From contig CAKKNE010000006.1 of the NCBI GenBank assembly GCA_918797485.1, forward strand, positions 2,790,001 through 2,854,000: a stretch of 64,000 nucleotides of DNA, read 5' to 3'. Position 1 is the stretch's first letter. Each line of letters opens with the position of its first letter. The DNA is from Pelagomonas calceolata. Lineage: Eukaryota. Position numbers and translations under genes: made by a program. The notes below the pieces were generated by a model, which saw only the letters and a program-made list of their open reading frames with translations, was not told the origin of the DNA and ran no database searches. Below are positions 31,750-43,100 of this stretch, in pieces.

Positions 31750-33390
31750 ATGACAAAAGTGGGTGAGCCAGCGCTGAAATCAACTTTCCGCGGCGCGCCG
31801 ACCACGACTGATCATGGTCGGCACGCCATCGACGCGGCGCCTGCTCGACGGCGCGGCGGGGCGGTTCTCTGAGACGCGCGAATTTCGCTAGCGCTGCCGC
31901 GTCGTCCGCCGACTCGCGCCCGGCCGCAGGTTGTAGCCCTCTGCCTGCTCGCAGCGACGGCCGACGCCGCCTACTTGCGCAAGGGCGAACCGTCGCGGCG
32001 CCTCGACGACGCCGATTGCTCGGACGACCCCGAGTGGTACCACAAGAACCGCGGCCCCGACTACGACTGCGCGTGGGTCGCAATGAAGACAGACACGCGC
32101 TGCGCGGTCAAGGGCGTCTCGGGCAAAGTCGAAGGCACTATCGTCGCGAGCGAGGCGTGCAAGGCGGCCTGCGGCGGCTGCGGCACTTTTACAGACGGCG
32201 AGAACGTCATCTTCGCCCACGATTCAGTACTCGATGACTTCTTAGGCGAGACGCTCCTCATGGACGCGCATCGGTCCGGAAAGATAAACTATCTCGGCTC
32301 GATCGTCGTGAACGCGGACTCCGTGCTTCCTTCGTCCATGGACCTCGTCTACAAGTTTCGCGAGCTCTACGGCGCGGACATGTATGTGGGCCTCTCGCCA
32401 TCGAGGATGTTCTACCCGTTCCCGTGGATCTATAGAGCGGATTCCTACTCCATGGACTCCCTCGACGTCATGCAGGCCGTTGATGCGGACATCCCTAGCG
32501 AATACCCCGACGGCAACGCGTGGCTCGAGGAGACATTGGAGAGTGCTCCGCCGGGGTCGATCACGCTGATGTGGGTTGCGGGCGTGACGCCGCTACAGGA
32601 GTTGTTCACGAAGAAGCCGTACCTCGCGGACAAGGTCAAGCGCATGGTCTGCATCTGTGTTTCAGGCGCCCCAACGCCAATGTTACGCCATCGACGCGAC
32701 GTCGTTCCAACACAGGTCTGGATGGCGGGTGCAATCGATGTGCCAGGTAATCTCGAACCCGCATGCGATAGCTTCCGCTGCGCCCCGTATTTCTTCCCGC
32801 ACTGCACGGAGGACATGGGCTGGTGCGAGGTTTGCGACCCAGAGGTCAGCGGCCATTGCACGGGATTCCCAGAGTGGAACGTCTTCGTCGACCCCTACGC
32901 GACGGCGTACTTATTCACAGAGACGTCGTTTCCCATCGCGATCGTGCCGCTCGACGTCTGCGACAAGCTGCCGATCCCCGGGCAGTTCATGGACACGCTC
33001 CGCGCCGCCAACAGCAGCGAGTGCAACCAGGGGATCTACGAGGCATTACTCGTCAGCTACGACACTTTTGCTGCCGAGCAGCCGTTCTACCGCCTATGGG
33101 ATAGTGGTGCGGTCATGTACTACCTCGACCCCGAAGATTACGGCGAGCCCGAGGTGACCGAGATCTGCATCGGCACGTCCTGGACCTACCTCGGGGGCCT
33201 CTTCAGGAAGTCAAAAGTCGACGAGGACGCTCCGCCCGCGGCGGACCTCAGCTACCCGGCCGGTTCCGCGCCGGCCTGCCGCGAGGTGTCGCTCGTCCTC
33301 AACCTCGCGACGAACGCGGACGGCGTCGAGGACCCGCAACCGATCTTCGACTACGCCGCGACTGGCGCATGCGCTGCCGTCGACGAGTAG
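31750..33390 (+). CDS. Secreted inosine/uridine-preferring nucleoside hydrolase-like protein (introns 31759-31929, 32647-32715)
   Basis: Spliced N-terminus MTK|VVALCLLAATADA; HDSVLDD, VWMAGAIDVPGN, EWNVFVDP, VPLDV, LWD. Confidence 0.8.
32647..32715 (+). mobile_element. Introner intron (family A), in frame and stop-free
   Basis: TSD GTCTGCAT/GTCTGGAT; TIR CTGTGTT/AACACAG. Confidence 0.8.
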
Positions 33391-33547
33391 ATACCTGAAC
33401 GCCATCGACGCGACGCCTGCTCGCCAACGCGGCGAGCTCCTGCGCCGGCACCGCCTACGAGTTCGTGCCGCGCTGCAATTGTTCAAAAATTCCCCCTGCA
33501 CAGACTCCGTCTGCACATATAATTCATGTCCTATTTACATGGTAACC

Positions 33548-33862
33548 CTAGAGGCGGCGCTCGTCGTACTCGCCGAAGAAGTCGCTGTCCGCGTCGGGCT
33601 GCTCCGCGCTCCAGCGGAAGAAGACCGCGAACATGAACCCGCCCATGCCGAGCAGCGCGTAGCCCTCGCGCACGTCCTCGATGCCCAGAGCCAGACCGGT
33701 GCCCTCGGCCTGGCCGCCGGCGAGGGCCGCGAGCGGCGCGAACGCCGTCGCGGCGGCGGCGACCTGGTACGGGAGCGCCGCCGGCTTCGACGCCTTGATG
33801 TTTTTCGCCGGCGTCGGCGCGAGGGCCGCGGCGCCCGCGAAGAGGAGGGTCAAGAGCTTCAT
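33548..33862 (-). CDS. psbW: Photosystem II PsbW-like protein (nuclear-encoded)
   Basis: Bipartite presequence ending ALA; EGTGLALG, single TM helix, acidic tail DSDFFGEYD. Confidence 0.75.
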   Translation of the reverse strand: MKLLTLLFAGAAALAPTPAKNIKASKPAALPYQVAAAATAFAPLAALAGGQAEGTGLALGIEDVREGYALLGMGGFMFAVFFRWSAEQPDADSDFFGEYDERRL

Positions 33863-34612
33863 TGTGCCTGCGCGCGTGACGGGTGCGAAGGCGCGCGACG
33901 AGCTTGCGACGAATTTGTGAAAAAATGGCTAGCTGCCAGCGATGCGAGCAGCACGCGCGCTTCTCGCTGCGCCGCGTGCGCTGCAGGTCGCTCTCGCGCG
34001 GACCAGCACAGCTGTGCAGCAGCCCTGCGGCCCTCGGCGAGCTCACGACGCCAATCGAGGCGCGTTGCTTTGTTGCGCAATGAAGCATATACTCAAATCT
34101 TGACCTCGCGCGGCTATTTACCTTGCAATTAAGTTATTGCTGGTGGTCGTCAGGGCGCCAACAACACGAGGCTCTTGACTGCCAGCCTGGCCGGAGGGCA
34201 AGTGACGGCACGCCCCGCAGATTCTTGGCAGCGAACGAACACGTCTCGGATAGCTCCCTTAGAAGTGCGAACGCAAATCCGCGGGTCGGGCGTGCCATGA
34301 CTCGACGCTCTCACTGCGACATCGTTTGGCACCCTGCGTGGCGCGCGAAAGCAAACAGGAACGCAATTGCATTCGCTGCTTTACGCTACTAACGCCAGAA
34401 CTCCCACGCGAATCTTTGAGCTGCAAACAGCTGCAGCATAATTTGGCAAATAGCCAAATTGCAGCCAGAGACCTCATCAGTGCCGAGGCAGCGCGAGCTC
34501 TATTGCTCGCAAGAAGTTCCCCGTCTCTGTCGGATCTCTTTCCCCGCCGGCGGAGTGCGCTGACGACGTGTCACCGTGGGAGTACCTAGACCGCGTGGGT
34601 GCGGCGTCTCTC

Positions 34613-34975
34613 ATGGCTCGCGCCGTAGCACTGCTCCTCTTTTGCCTCGCGTCAACCACAACCGCCCTGCGACCGACGCGCCGCCGCGACCTCTTCGCCG
34701 TGACGGCCGCGACCTACTGGAAGTGGGGCTTCGCGGCGACGGGCGTCCTGCACGCGACTCACGCGGCGACGGCGCTCGACGAAGCGTTCCCGGCGCCCCC
34801 TCCACGCAAGAGCGAGCGGCCGATGATCACCGTCACGCCTCTCGTCCACCGAGGAAAACTGCCCCGCCCCAAAGCCCTGGGCGGGCGAGGCTCGACCTAC
34901 GACATGGAGCCGGGAATCATCGGCAGCCACCTCCCCTGGCCGACGGATGCCCGACTGCCAGGGGCTGCTAGGTAG
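34613..34975 (+). CDS. Small plastid/thylakoid-targeted hypothetical protein
   Basis: Signal peptide followed by TRRRDL twin-arginine-like motif. Confidence 0.45.
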   Translation: MARAVALLLFCLASTTTALRPTRRRDLFAVTAATYWKWGFAATGVLHATHAATALDEAFPAPPPRKSERPMITVTPLVHRGKLPRPKALGGRGSTYDMEPGIIGSHLPWPTDARLPGAAR

Positions 34976-34991
34976 TAAGTATCACAAAACA

Positions 34992-35785
34992 TCACTTAGC
35001 CTGCAGCGTCACCGTCGCCGCGTCGCCGCCTTTTACAGTCGTCTGGCACGCGAGCCGCGCGTCGGCGCCGATCTTCGCGACGTGGCGCTCCTCCCACTCG
35101 TAGCGCGGGCCGAAGGCGCCGTCGGCGACGCGTACGGCGCAGAGGCCGCACTGGCCGCCGCCTGTGTGGAAATGAAATTTCGGGCGCCCCACGCCCATCG
35201 ACGGATGGCGTGTAGATTCCACGCCATCGACGCGAGGTTGCCTCCATTCCTGCGTCTGCTCGATGGCGTTCAGGTTGCGAAACCTAACTCACTTTGATTT
35301 CCGCACTGGCCGCCGCCGTTGCAGTTCATCATCTTGCCCTTGAAATCATAGACGTCCTGCTTGCGCGCGAGCAGTTCCTTCCTTAAATTCGCGCCCTTTT
35401 TCACTTCAAACGTCGTCTCGCCCTTGGGGCCGACGACCGTGAGTTGGCACGTCGGGCCCGAGAACTGGAGCTGCACCGGGCTCGGCGCGTCGACGATGAG
35501 GTCCATCACATCATCAAAACCCATCGACGTCGTGTCCACGCCATTGACGGCATCCAAGCGATCGTCGACCTTGATGTCGGCGCACGCGCTCGCCGAGCCG
35601 TCGGAGTCGATTTCTGCCACGTACAAGCCCTCGGGCGCGTCGCGCACGTTCTCCTCGAGCACGAGGCCAAGCGGTTTCTCCAGCGACACGTCGACGGCGT
35701 GCAGCGTGGTCCTTGGTCTCTGCTGCTGGGCCATGAATGCAGCAGTGCTCGCAACCAGGCACGCGAACCACAGGGATCGATGCAT
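34992..35785 (-). CDS. Plastid PDZ + 2Fe-2S ferredoxin protein (GC-AG introner intron 35162-35316)
   Basis: ASTAAF presequence; PDZ KPLGLVLEE..D.LDAVNG; spliced CNGGGQCGLC ... RLACQT. Confidence 0.88.
35162..35316 (-). mobile_element. Introner intron (family A), GC donor
   Basis: TSD gccgccgc at 35154-35161 and 35309-35316; TIR CTGTGTGGAAAT/CAGTGCGGAAAT. Confidence 0.88.
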
Positions 35786-36239
35786 GCTTGCAAGATGTCA
35801 ATGAAAATAAGTCGCAGCTGGTTTCTCGCGCGCTTTGCAAGGAGCCAATGTGCTTGCCTGTCTGATCTCATACTGAGGTCACGGGGCGAAGTAACGAAGG
35901 AACTCCCCGAGCCATCGCGTCGCTTGTAGTGCTCTGAGCAGTGCTCGGAACCCGACAGGTCCACAGAAAACCCGGTTTAAAGCGCCGGTCCCGCGCGTCT
36001 CCGCGCCGCATGCAGGAAAGGTCCGTACTCCAACGTAGAAGCGGGGCCAGACTGTCCATCACCCTACGCCATCGCCGCGACGAGGAGAGAGTACTAGTAG
36101 TGTGGATACTTACCCGCCTTCCAGAGCGGGTCCTCAGCGCTGCGGCCGGCGCGGGTCTATAATGCCCTGTAGACTTCCTCCAGAACGCGAGCTTTTTGCC
36201 CACGTTCTTTTTGAGGCGTGGGCGGCGCGGCATGCTTGC

Positions 36240-36265
36240 TTGCTAGTGTCTTACAGGCCGCTAGC
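36240..36265 (+). promoter_or_regulatory. CTAG motif (consensus copy)
   Basis: TTGCTAGTGTCTTACAGGCCGCTAGC, identical to the 4969 copy. Confidence 0.65.
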
Positions 36266-36438
36266 CCTAAGTTTTTGCAAGTCCAGGGCCGGAGCCGGCC
36301 GTGCAGACCTGTGTGTCCTAGGCACAATTCACGGCGTGAGAGATCAGATCTCTCATACTTCACCCCTTTGGCGCCGAGACGCGCGCCTGGTGAAGGCGAG
36401 AGCAATTGATTCCAATTTAAAACTCGACAGCTGCTCAT

Positions 36439-38964
36439 ATGGACGACGCGTCGGCGGGGGGCGAGGAAGACCAAAACTGGGCGGCGTGCGACCTTTGCGG
36501 TAGCTGGCGCAAAACCAACCACAGCGTTGACAAGGCCCACTCTTTTTCGTGCGCGAGCATCGGCCGCGACTGCTCCGAGCCGTGCGACGGGTGCCGCCAG
36601 CATGAATGCGTGTGTTCGAGCGACGACGAAGCTCTGTCGGACGGCGCCGCGCGTGGCGGCTCGGAGTATTTCGTGAGCGACGACAATCTGCGCGTGATGT
36701 CCGCGCACGGCGTCGCGACGGACGGCGACGGCGCGAGCGTCGCGAGCGAGTGTCCTAGCTTAGTGAGTGAACTCACCGAGCTCTCCGATGACTCGTCGAG
36801 CGAGTTTGGCGATCCGGACGAGAGCGACTCGTCCGATTCGAGTGACGAAGACGACGAGCCGCCCGACGACGATCGGTCGAGATGCTCGCACCGGTGTCCA
36901 AGACCGCCGCCGCCGCCGCCGCCGCCACCACCACCAAATCCACCGGACCCTCCCCGACCGGACGACCCGATGCCGCCGGCACCCGCCGCGTTGCCGCCGC
37001 GAGAAAAAAGAGGCGTGGCGTCCGAGGTCTCGCCCGAGTTCGCCGCGGACAAGAACACGATAGGCGTGACGGAGGATGAAGGCGTGCCGGGCGGGAGCGA
37101 CCAGAGGAATTTCTTCACCGGCTTCAAGGCGCCCGGGCCGGCCTGCTTCAGCGCTAACCTCGCTGATAGGCTCAAGAAGCTGGTCGAAGGAGCCACACCG
37201 GCGCCGATGACCGTAGGCGGCGGCACCGTGGCCTCGCTGACGGCCCTCGGTCACGCCGCGTTCGAGAAAAATTTCGGGCACCCGTCGCGACGCGCGGCAA
37301 ACGCGCGTCGAACTGTGGAGCTGATCAAGCGCGACGGCGGCAACGGTTTTAGTTTCAGGCGGGCGTGCGAGTACGTACCTCAAGCGGCGAAGCACTTGCA
37401 AGGGTTTGCACGCGCCGTCGTCGGCGACTCGCCCCGCGTCCATCTGGATGTGCACGCGTCCAGGTCGACACTGGCTGGCGCGCATAGGTTGGGCACGCAC
37501 CGCGACGTGCGAAAGTGGGCTCGGGATTACTATCAGATGCGCGCTGTCGTGGCGACGGCGGCTGGAACTATTGTTTTCACGGTCGTAGAATTCGACGAGC
37601 GCGGGAAGCCCATGCGGAATTCGAGAGTCTACGGTTTCTTCTCGCTGACCGTCGCGGCGGCGGTCGTCTATGTGTTAGATCCGATGCTCGCCGGCCAGGA
37701 ACCCTTCGACTTCGTCACGAAGACCGACGGCCGGAAGGTCGCGCTGGGCGTGACGCATACCGTCCTGGGCGGCCTTGGCGAGCGCTGCGTCTCCATCATT
37801 ACCTGGACGATCGCGAAAAACGCGGCGCTCGCCGCCGCGGAGATCTGGGCCGCGGAGAAGGCGGCCCTCGTGGGCCGGTGGGCGGCAATTGCGGCCATGA
37901 CGGCGGCCGTGCCGCCCGGTGTCCCGGTGCCCGAGCAGGGCCCGATCGTCGTCGCGCCGACGCTCGAACAGAGCGCCGAGCGCCGGCGTCAGGCGGCCAA
38001 GGATCTTCGGCATCAGAGACGCGTGGCCAAGTTGACGGACGCCTGGCGCGAGGCGAACGTGGTCCGGCTCGCCGACGCGGACCCGTCGACGCGCGACGCC
38101 GACCTCCGCGCCCATCTGGACGCCGAGCGGAAGCGCGCGCGGGCCAGGCGGCGAGTCCGGCGCGCGGCGGACTTGACGGACGCCTGGCGCGAGGCGAACG
38201 CCGACCGGCTCGCTGGCATGGACTCGGCGACGCGCGACGCCGAGCTCCGCGACGCTTTGGCCGCCGCGGACGCTGTGCGGAAAGCTCTAAAAAGGAACTC
38301 TAACCGGGAAAACTCCCGGCGGCGCATGGCCAAGTTGACGGACGCCTGGCGCAAGGCGAACGCGGACCGGCTCCCCGGCATGAGCGAGGCGACGCGCAAG
38401 GCCGAGCTCCGCGCTTTTCTGAAGGACGCGCAGCAAGCCGCGCGCGAGGCGAATTTGACCGCGGCCTTTCTCCTGGCGAACCTGGATCGGTTCGCCGAGG
38501 CGGACGACGCGACGATCGAGAAAGAGCTTCGCGCTCATCTGGACGCCGCGGCGGAGGAGCGACGCCTTCATCATAACGCATATCAAAATGCATGGCGGGC
38601 CGCGGACCCGGAAGGAACTCGCGCGCAGAACCGGAAAGATCAGAAAGCGTACCGCGAGCGGCAAGGAAAGGACGCGATGAATGCGCGGCAAAGGAAAAGA
38701 AGGAAGACGGACGCCGGGAAGTTGAAGGAGGCTGCTAATACGTGGTACAATACCTATTCGAGGAGATTTGGCAAGGACCTGGCGAACTGGGACGAACCCC
38801 ACCTACGGACGTACAAAGAGCGACTGGACGCGGCCTACCCGGGGGGCCCGGGGGAAGGGTTCGCGTCCACGGACTCTCGCTACGCCGGCCTCCGCGCGCG
38901 CTACGAGAAACTCGAGCTACTTCTAGTAGAACTCGACCGGAGGAGGTTATGTCGCCGCCGCTAG
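36439..38964 (+). CDS. zf-CW zinc-finger protein with putative 2OG-Fe(II) dioxygenase domain and four helical repeats
   Basis: WAACDLCGSWRK..FSC..C (zf-CW); LGTHRD...THTV...RCVS; LTDAWREAN repeats. Confidence 0.7.
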   Translation: MDDASAGGEEDQNWAACDLCGSWRKTNHSVDKAHSFSCASIGRDCSEPCDGCRQHECVCSSDDEALSDGAARGGSEYFVSDDNLRVMSAHGVATDGDGASVASECPSLVSELTELSDDSSSEFGDPDESDSSDSSDEDDEPPDDDRSRCSHRCPRPPPPPPPPPPPNPPDPPRPDDPMPPAPAALPPREKRGVASEVSPEFAADKNTIGVTEDEGVPGGSDQRNFFTGFKAPGPACFSANLADRLKKLVEGATPAPMTVGGGTVASLTALGHAAFEKNFGHPSRRAANARRTVELIKRDGGNGFSFRRACEYVPQAAKHLQGFARAVVGDSPRVHLDVHASRSTLAGAHRLGTHRDVRKWARDYYQMRAVVATAAGTIVFTVVEFDERGKPMRNSRVYGFFSLTVAAAVVYVLDPMLAGQEPFDFVTKTDGRKVALGVTHTVLGGLGERCVSIITWTIAKNAALAAAEIWAAEKAALVGRWAAIAAMTAAVPPGVPVPEQGPIVVAPTLEQSAERRRQAAKDLRHQRRVAKLTDAWREANVVRLADADPSTRDADLRAHLDAERKRARARRRVRRAADLTDAWREANADRLAGMDSATRDAELRDALAAADAVRKALKRNSNRENSRRRMAKLTDAWRKANADRLPGMSEATRKAELRAFLKDAQQAAREANLTAAFLLANLDRFAEADDATIEKELRAHLDAAAEERRLHHNAYQNAWRAADPEGTRAQNRKDQKAYRERQGKDAMNARQRKRRKTDAGKLKEAANTWYNTYSRRFGKDLANWDEPHLRTYKERLDAAYPGGPGEGFASTDSRYAGLRARYEKLELLLVELDRRRLCRRR
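38025..38545 (+). repeat. Four coding tandem repeats (LTDAWREANADRL...TRDAELRA)
   Basis: TTGACGGACGCCTGGCGC at about 38032, 38174 and 38335; diverged copy at about 38455. Confidence 0.85.
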
Positions 38965-39039
38965 GGCCTAAATTCTTTTGACAAAAACTCGTACCGACGG
39001 GCATCCGAGGCCTCGGAATAAGACTGGAGATAGCCTGTT

Positions 39040-39063
39040 GCTAGCGGCCTGTAACACACTAGG
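39040..39063 (-). promoter_or_regulatory. CTAG motif
   Basis: Reverse complement CCTAGTGTGTTACAGGCCGCTAGC. Confidence 0.6.
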
Positions 39064-39258
39064 CTCAAGCAAGCAGCTTTGACGCTCCCGTAACTGGCCG
39101 CTAGACGCCGGCGCAACTCAACGAAGGGGCTCGGGACATATATTTGCCAAGGGCAAGCAACCAGGCCAAGCGCTGCCGACGCCGTGCCGCGCTTGACGAG
39201 TAAAGGCACCCCTGCCACCCCGCAGCAAGCGCCGCGCAAGCGCGCGACGCGGACAGAA

Positions 39259-39657
39259 ATGATGATGGCCGCCCGTATGGGCCGCCCGGCGCTGAGAACA
39301 ATGCGACGCAGCGCCGTCCCGGCCGCCGCGCGCCCGAGCGTGCCGGCGCGGCGCATGGGTGGCGGTGGCGGCGGCCCGCCGCACCCGCCCTTCCAGCGCA
39401 CGAAAGCGCCCGAATATAGACTCGTCGAGGAGCACGAGCTCGTCTGGGACGACGGCGTGGCCGCGGAAACGTGTCTTGATTTTGACGCCGCGCACGTCGA
39501 CAACGGACTGCTGCAGTTCATGGGCGGCTTCGGCTTCTTCGCGGCGCTCGCGACCATCATCGCGATCTACTCTCCGAAGCGCCTGAACCAGGTGACGCCG
39601 CGCACGGACCTGGTGGACCCGGTCGCGCTCACGACGGGCGCCGAGGAGGAGGAGTGA
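39259..39657 (+). CDS. NDUFB8: Complex I subunit NDUFB8 (ASHI)-like
   Basis: Mitochondrial presequence; ELVWDDGVAAETCLD followed by one TM helix, as in plant/algal NDUFB8. Confidence 0.65.
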   Translation: MMMAARMGRPALRTMRRSAVPAAARPSVPARRMGGGGGGPPHPPFQRTKAPEYRLVEEHELVWDDGVAAETCLDFDAAHVDNGLLQFMGGFGFFAALATIIAIYSPKRLNQVTPRTDLVDPVALTTGAEEEE

Positions 39658-40105
39658 GAGCCCGGCGACGGCGTGCACGTGTAAATTTATTGATATGCTA
39701 TACTTTTCGTTCTTCGTTCGGTGCTAGGACGTGGGCTCAGCCCTTTGAGGTACAACAAATATCTACAACAAATAGACACCGCGCGTCACCGATTCAGCGG
39801 CGGCGGGCTTCTTGCCGCGTCTTGCATAACAGCATAACTCCTTCGACGCAGAACCGCCGCGGCAAACATACCCCTGGATTGTTCCAAGCTAGTAGGGTTA
39901 CGCTATGATTAAGCTCTCGGAGCTTGGACACGTCGCGTGCCGGAACTGCACGATACCGAGCTCCAGCGCACTTGTGCTAGGCAGCAGCAAGCATAAGGAC
40001 CGCACCTCTTCACAAGGACAGCGCTGCTGCAAAGCCAGTGCATCAGCGCATCTCCAGAGCAAGCAACAAGCGATCCCCTTGCAAGAGAGCATATAGGCCG
40101 ACAAG

Positions 40106-43100
40106 ATGTCAGACAGCGCAAAGCTCCTCGTCGCCGCCGCGGCCGGCGCCACGGCAGCAGCTCTCCTACTAAGAAAGAATGATGAAGAAGCACCGATCAC
40201 AAGCAACAAGAGAGCGCAAATAATAGACGGCAAAAAGATTGCCGCCCAACTCAGGAAAGAAGTGAAAGAATCCGTAACACTACTCAAAGCGACCCACGGC
40301 GTCGCGCCGGGCCTGGCTGTTGTCATTGTGGGAGACCGGCAAGATTCGGCCCAGTACGTGAGGATGAAAAGACGCGCGGCCACAGAGGCCGGGTTTCATT
40401 CCGTGGACGTCGCGTTGCCCGAGTCGTCTACGGAGGCCGAGGTATTGGACGCCGTGGCGCGGCTGAATACGGATAGTAAGGTGCACGGGATACTTGTACA
40501 GTTACCGTTACCTTCTCATATGAATGAAGGGCGAGTCTTAGCTGCTATATCCGTGGACAAGGACGCGGACGGGTTCGCGGCGTTGAACGTCGGGAAATTA
40601 TGTTTGAGGGGAGGCGAGGAACCCAGTGCGGTGGCGTGTACGCCCGTTGGGTGTTTAGAATTGCTGGAGCGGTCCAACGTTGTCATTGCGGGTAAAAGAG
40701 CGGTGGTCGTAGGTCGTTCGAACATCGTGGGCATGCCCGTCGCCGCCTTGCTCCAAGCCAAGGACGCGACGGTTACGGTCGTCCACTCCAAAACCAAAAA
40801 CATCAGTAAGATAGTAAGAGAGGCGGACATCGTCGTCGCGGCCGTCGGCCAGGCCCAGTTCGTCAAAGGGTCCTGGTTGAAGCCCGGGGCTGTTGTGGTC
40901 GACGTCGGTACGAACTTCATCCCCGACGCGTCGCGGAAGTCGGGACGGCGACTCGTGGGCGACGTCGACTTTGCAAGTGCCTCGCGCGTGGCCTCGAAGA
41001 TCACGCCGGTGCCGGGCGGCGTGGGCCCCATGACCATCGCTTCTCTATTGAAAAATACGTTGAGATTGGCCGAGGCCGCCGTGTCTCGTGATAATAAACC
41101 TCTGACACGTGTGTCCTCTTCAGAACAACTAAGCAGGAAGGACACGTTCCTCGCGAAAAGGTCGCAATCACCTCGACCGGCGTCTCCACCAACGACGCAA
41201 GTGAAACGTTTACACCCTGTACCCAAGGACATTGTGATTAGTCAAGCGTGCACGCCGCTGCCCATCGAACGCGTAGCTCTCAAAGCAGGATTACGCAGTG
41301 ACGAGGTCATCCCCTGGGGCCGCCACAAGGCCAAGGTCGATGTGAGAAAGGTCGCAGAGCGCATGAAGGACGCCCCGGACGGCTCGCTGGTCGTCGTGAG
41401 TGGCATAAACCCGACACCTCTAGGCGAAGGCAAGTCCACGACGACCATCGGCGTCTGCCAAGCGTTGGGCAACTGCCTGGGCAAGCACGTCGTGACGACC
41501 ATAAGGCAGCCGTCGCAGGGCCCGACCTTCGGTATTAAAGGTGGGGCGGCCGGCGGCGGTCCGCGGCGGCGTCGCGAATGGACTTTTGCCGGGGTCGCGT
41601 CGATGGCGTCTTCATGAGAGAGTCCACGCGTCTCGCGAGTAGTTTCGCGACGGCGTCCGCCGCGCCGCGCCGTCGTGCCGGGAAGCAGCACGCCCCCGGG
41701 CGGCATCGCGCGCGGCTCGTGGACGACCACGAGACCAGCAATACTGGCGTTCACCACACGCCATCGAGCCGACGCAATCACGCCATCGCGCCGCTGTGAC
41801 GGAAACACCACAAAAAACAACGCAGGCTACTCGCAAGTCATTCCCATGGAGGAGTTCAACCTGCACATGACGGGCGACATCCACGCCATTGTTGCCGCCA
41901 ATAATCTATTGGCGGCGGCGTTGGACGCGCGGATCTTCCACGAAAGTTCCCAGAAGGACGAGGCTTTATTTAATCGGTTAGTGCCGGCGAAGAACGGCAA
42001 ACGCGTTCCGGCGCCGTCGCAACGAGCCCGTATGGAGCGGTTAGGTATTAAAGGTGAAGCACTGGATGATGCGGAACTCCTATCTCCTACAGATCGCGTG
42101 CGGTTCGCGCGACTCGACGTCGATCCATCGACAATAACCTGGAACCGCGTCTTGGATACGTGCGACCGGTTCCTGCGAAGAATCGAGGTCGGCCGGGGCC
42201 CCAATGAACGCAGAACGGCGGAAAAGTACTCATTTTCATCTACGAGGGAGACGGGCTTTGATATTGCCGTCGCGTCCGAGATCATGGCCGTGCTAGCCTT
42301 GGCGTCGGACTTGGATGACATGCGGGCGCGGTTGGGACGGATGGCCGTCGCTCGCTCTAGAGTAGACGGTCCGCATAAAGGTGCGTTCGTGACCGCCGAC
42401 GACGTGGGCTGTGCCGGGGCCTTGACGGTTTTAATGAAGGATGCTTTACTCCCAACTTTGATGCAGACTATTGAAGGCACTCCTGTCCTCGTTCATGCCG
42501 GCCCGTTCGCGAACATTGCGCATGGGAATTCTTCTGTTGTTGCGGACAAGTGTGGTCTGAAGTTATGTGGCGAGCAGGGTTTCGTGGTTACCGAGGCGGG
42601 CTTCGGGGCTGATATTGGTGGAGAAAAATTCTTCGACATCAAGTGCAGAGCTGGTGGTCTCAAACCGAAGTGTGCAGTTGTGGTTGCTACGGTGCGAGCC
42701 TTGAAATTACACGGCGGGGCGCCGCCGGTTGTGGCTGGTAGGCCCCTACCCAAGGAATACAGTGGAGAGGATCTAGAAGTGCTCGGTAAGGGCTGTGCTA
42801 ATGTCGCGCATCACGTGGCTTGCCTCTCGCAAAAATTCAACGTGCGCGTTGTCGTGGCCGTGAACAAGTTCGCCACTGATACCCCTAACGAGTTACAGTT
42901 GGTGAGGGAAGCGGGCCTACGAGCGGGAGCACATTACGCCGTGGTAGCGGACCACTGGGCCCAGGGCGGCCATGGTGCTATTGACTTAGCTGAAGCCGTG
43001 GTCAAGGCCTGTGCTGCTGATTCAACACCATTTAGATACTTGTATCCGTTATCGGATCCCGTTCGGTCCAAAATAGAAGCGGTTTGTTCCAAGATCTACC

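Noticed and set aside
36106..36270. ATACTTACC resembling the U1 snRNA 5' end
   Set aside because: No U1-70K loop, U1A loop or Sm site follows; better explained as a minus-strand splice donor
39888..39907. GCTAGTAGGGTTACGCTATG (and TTGCTAGTGTAAGG at 1186) as CTAG-motif copies
   Set aside because: Second CTAG is missing; too degenerate to count
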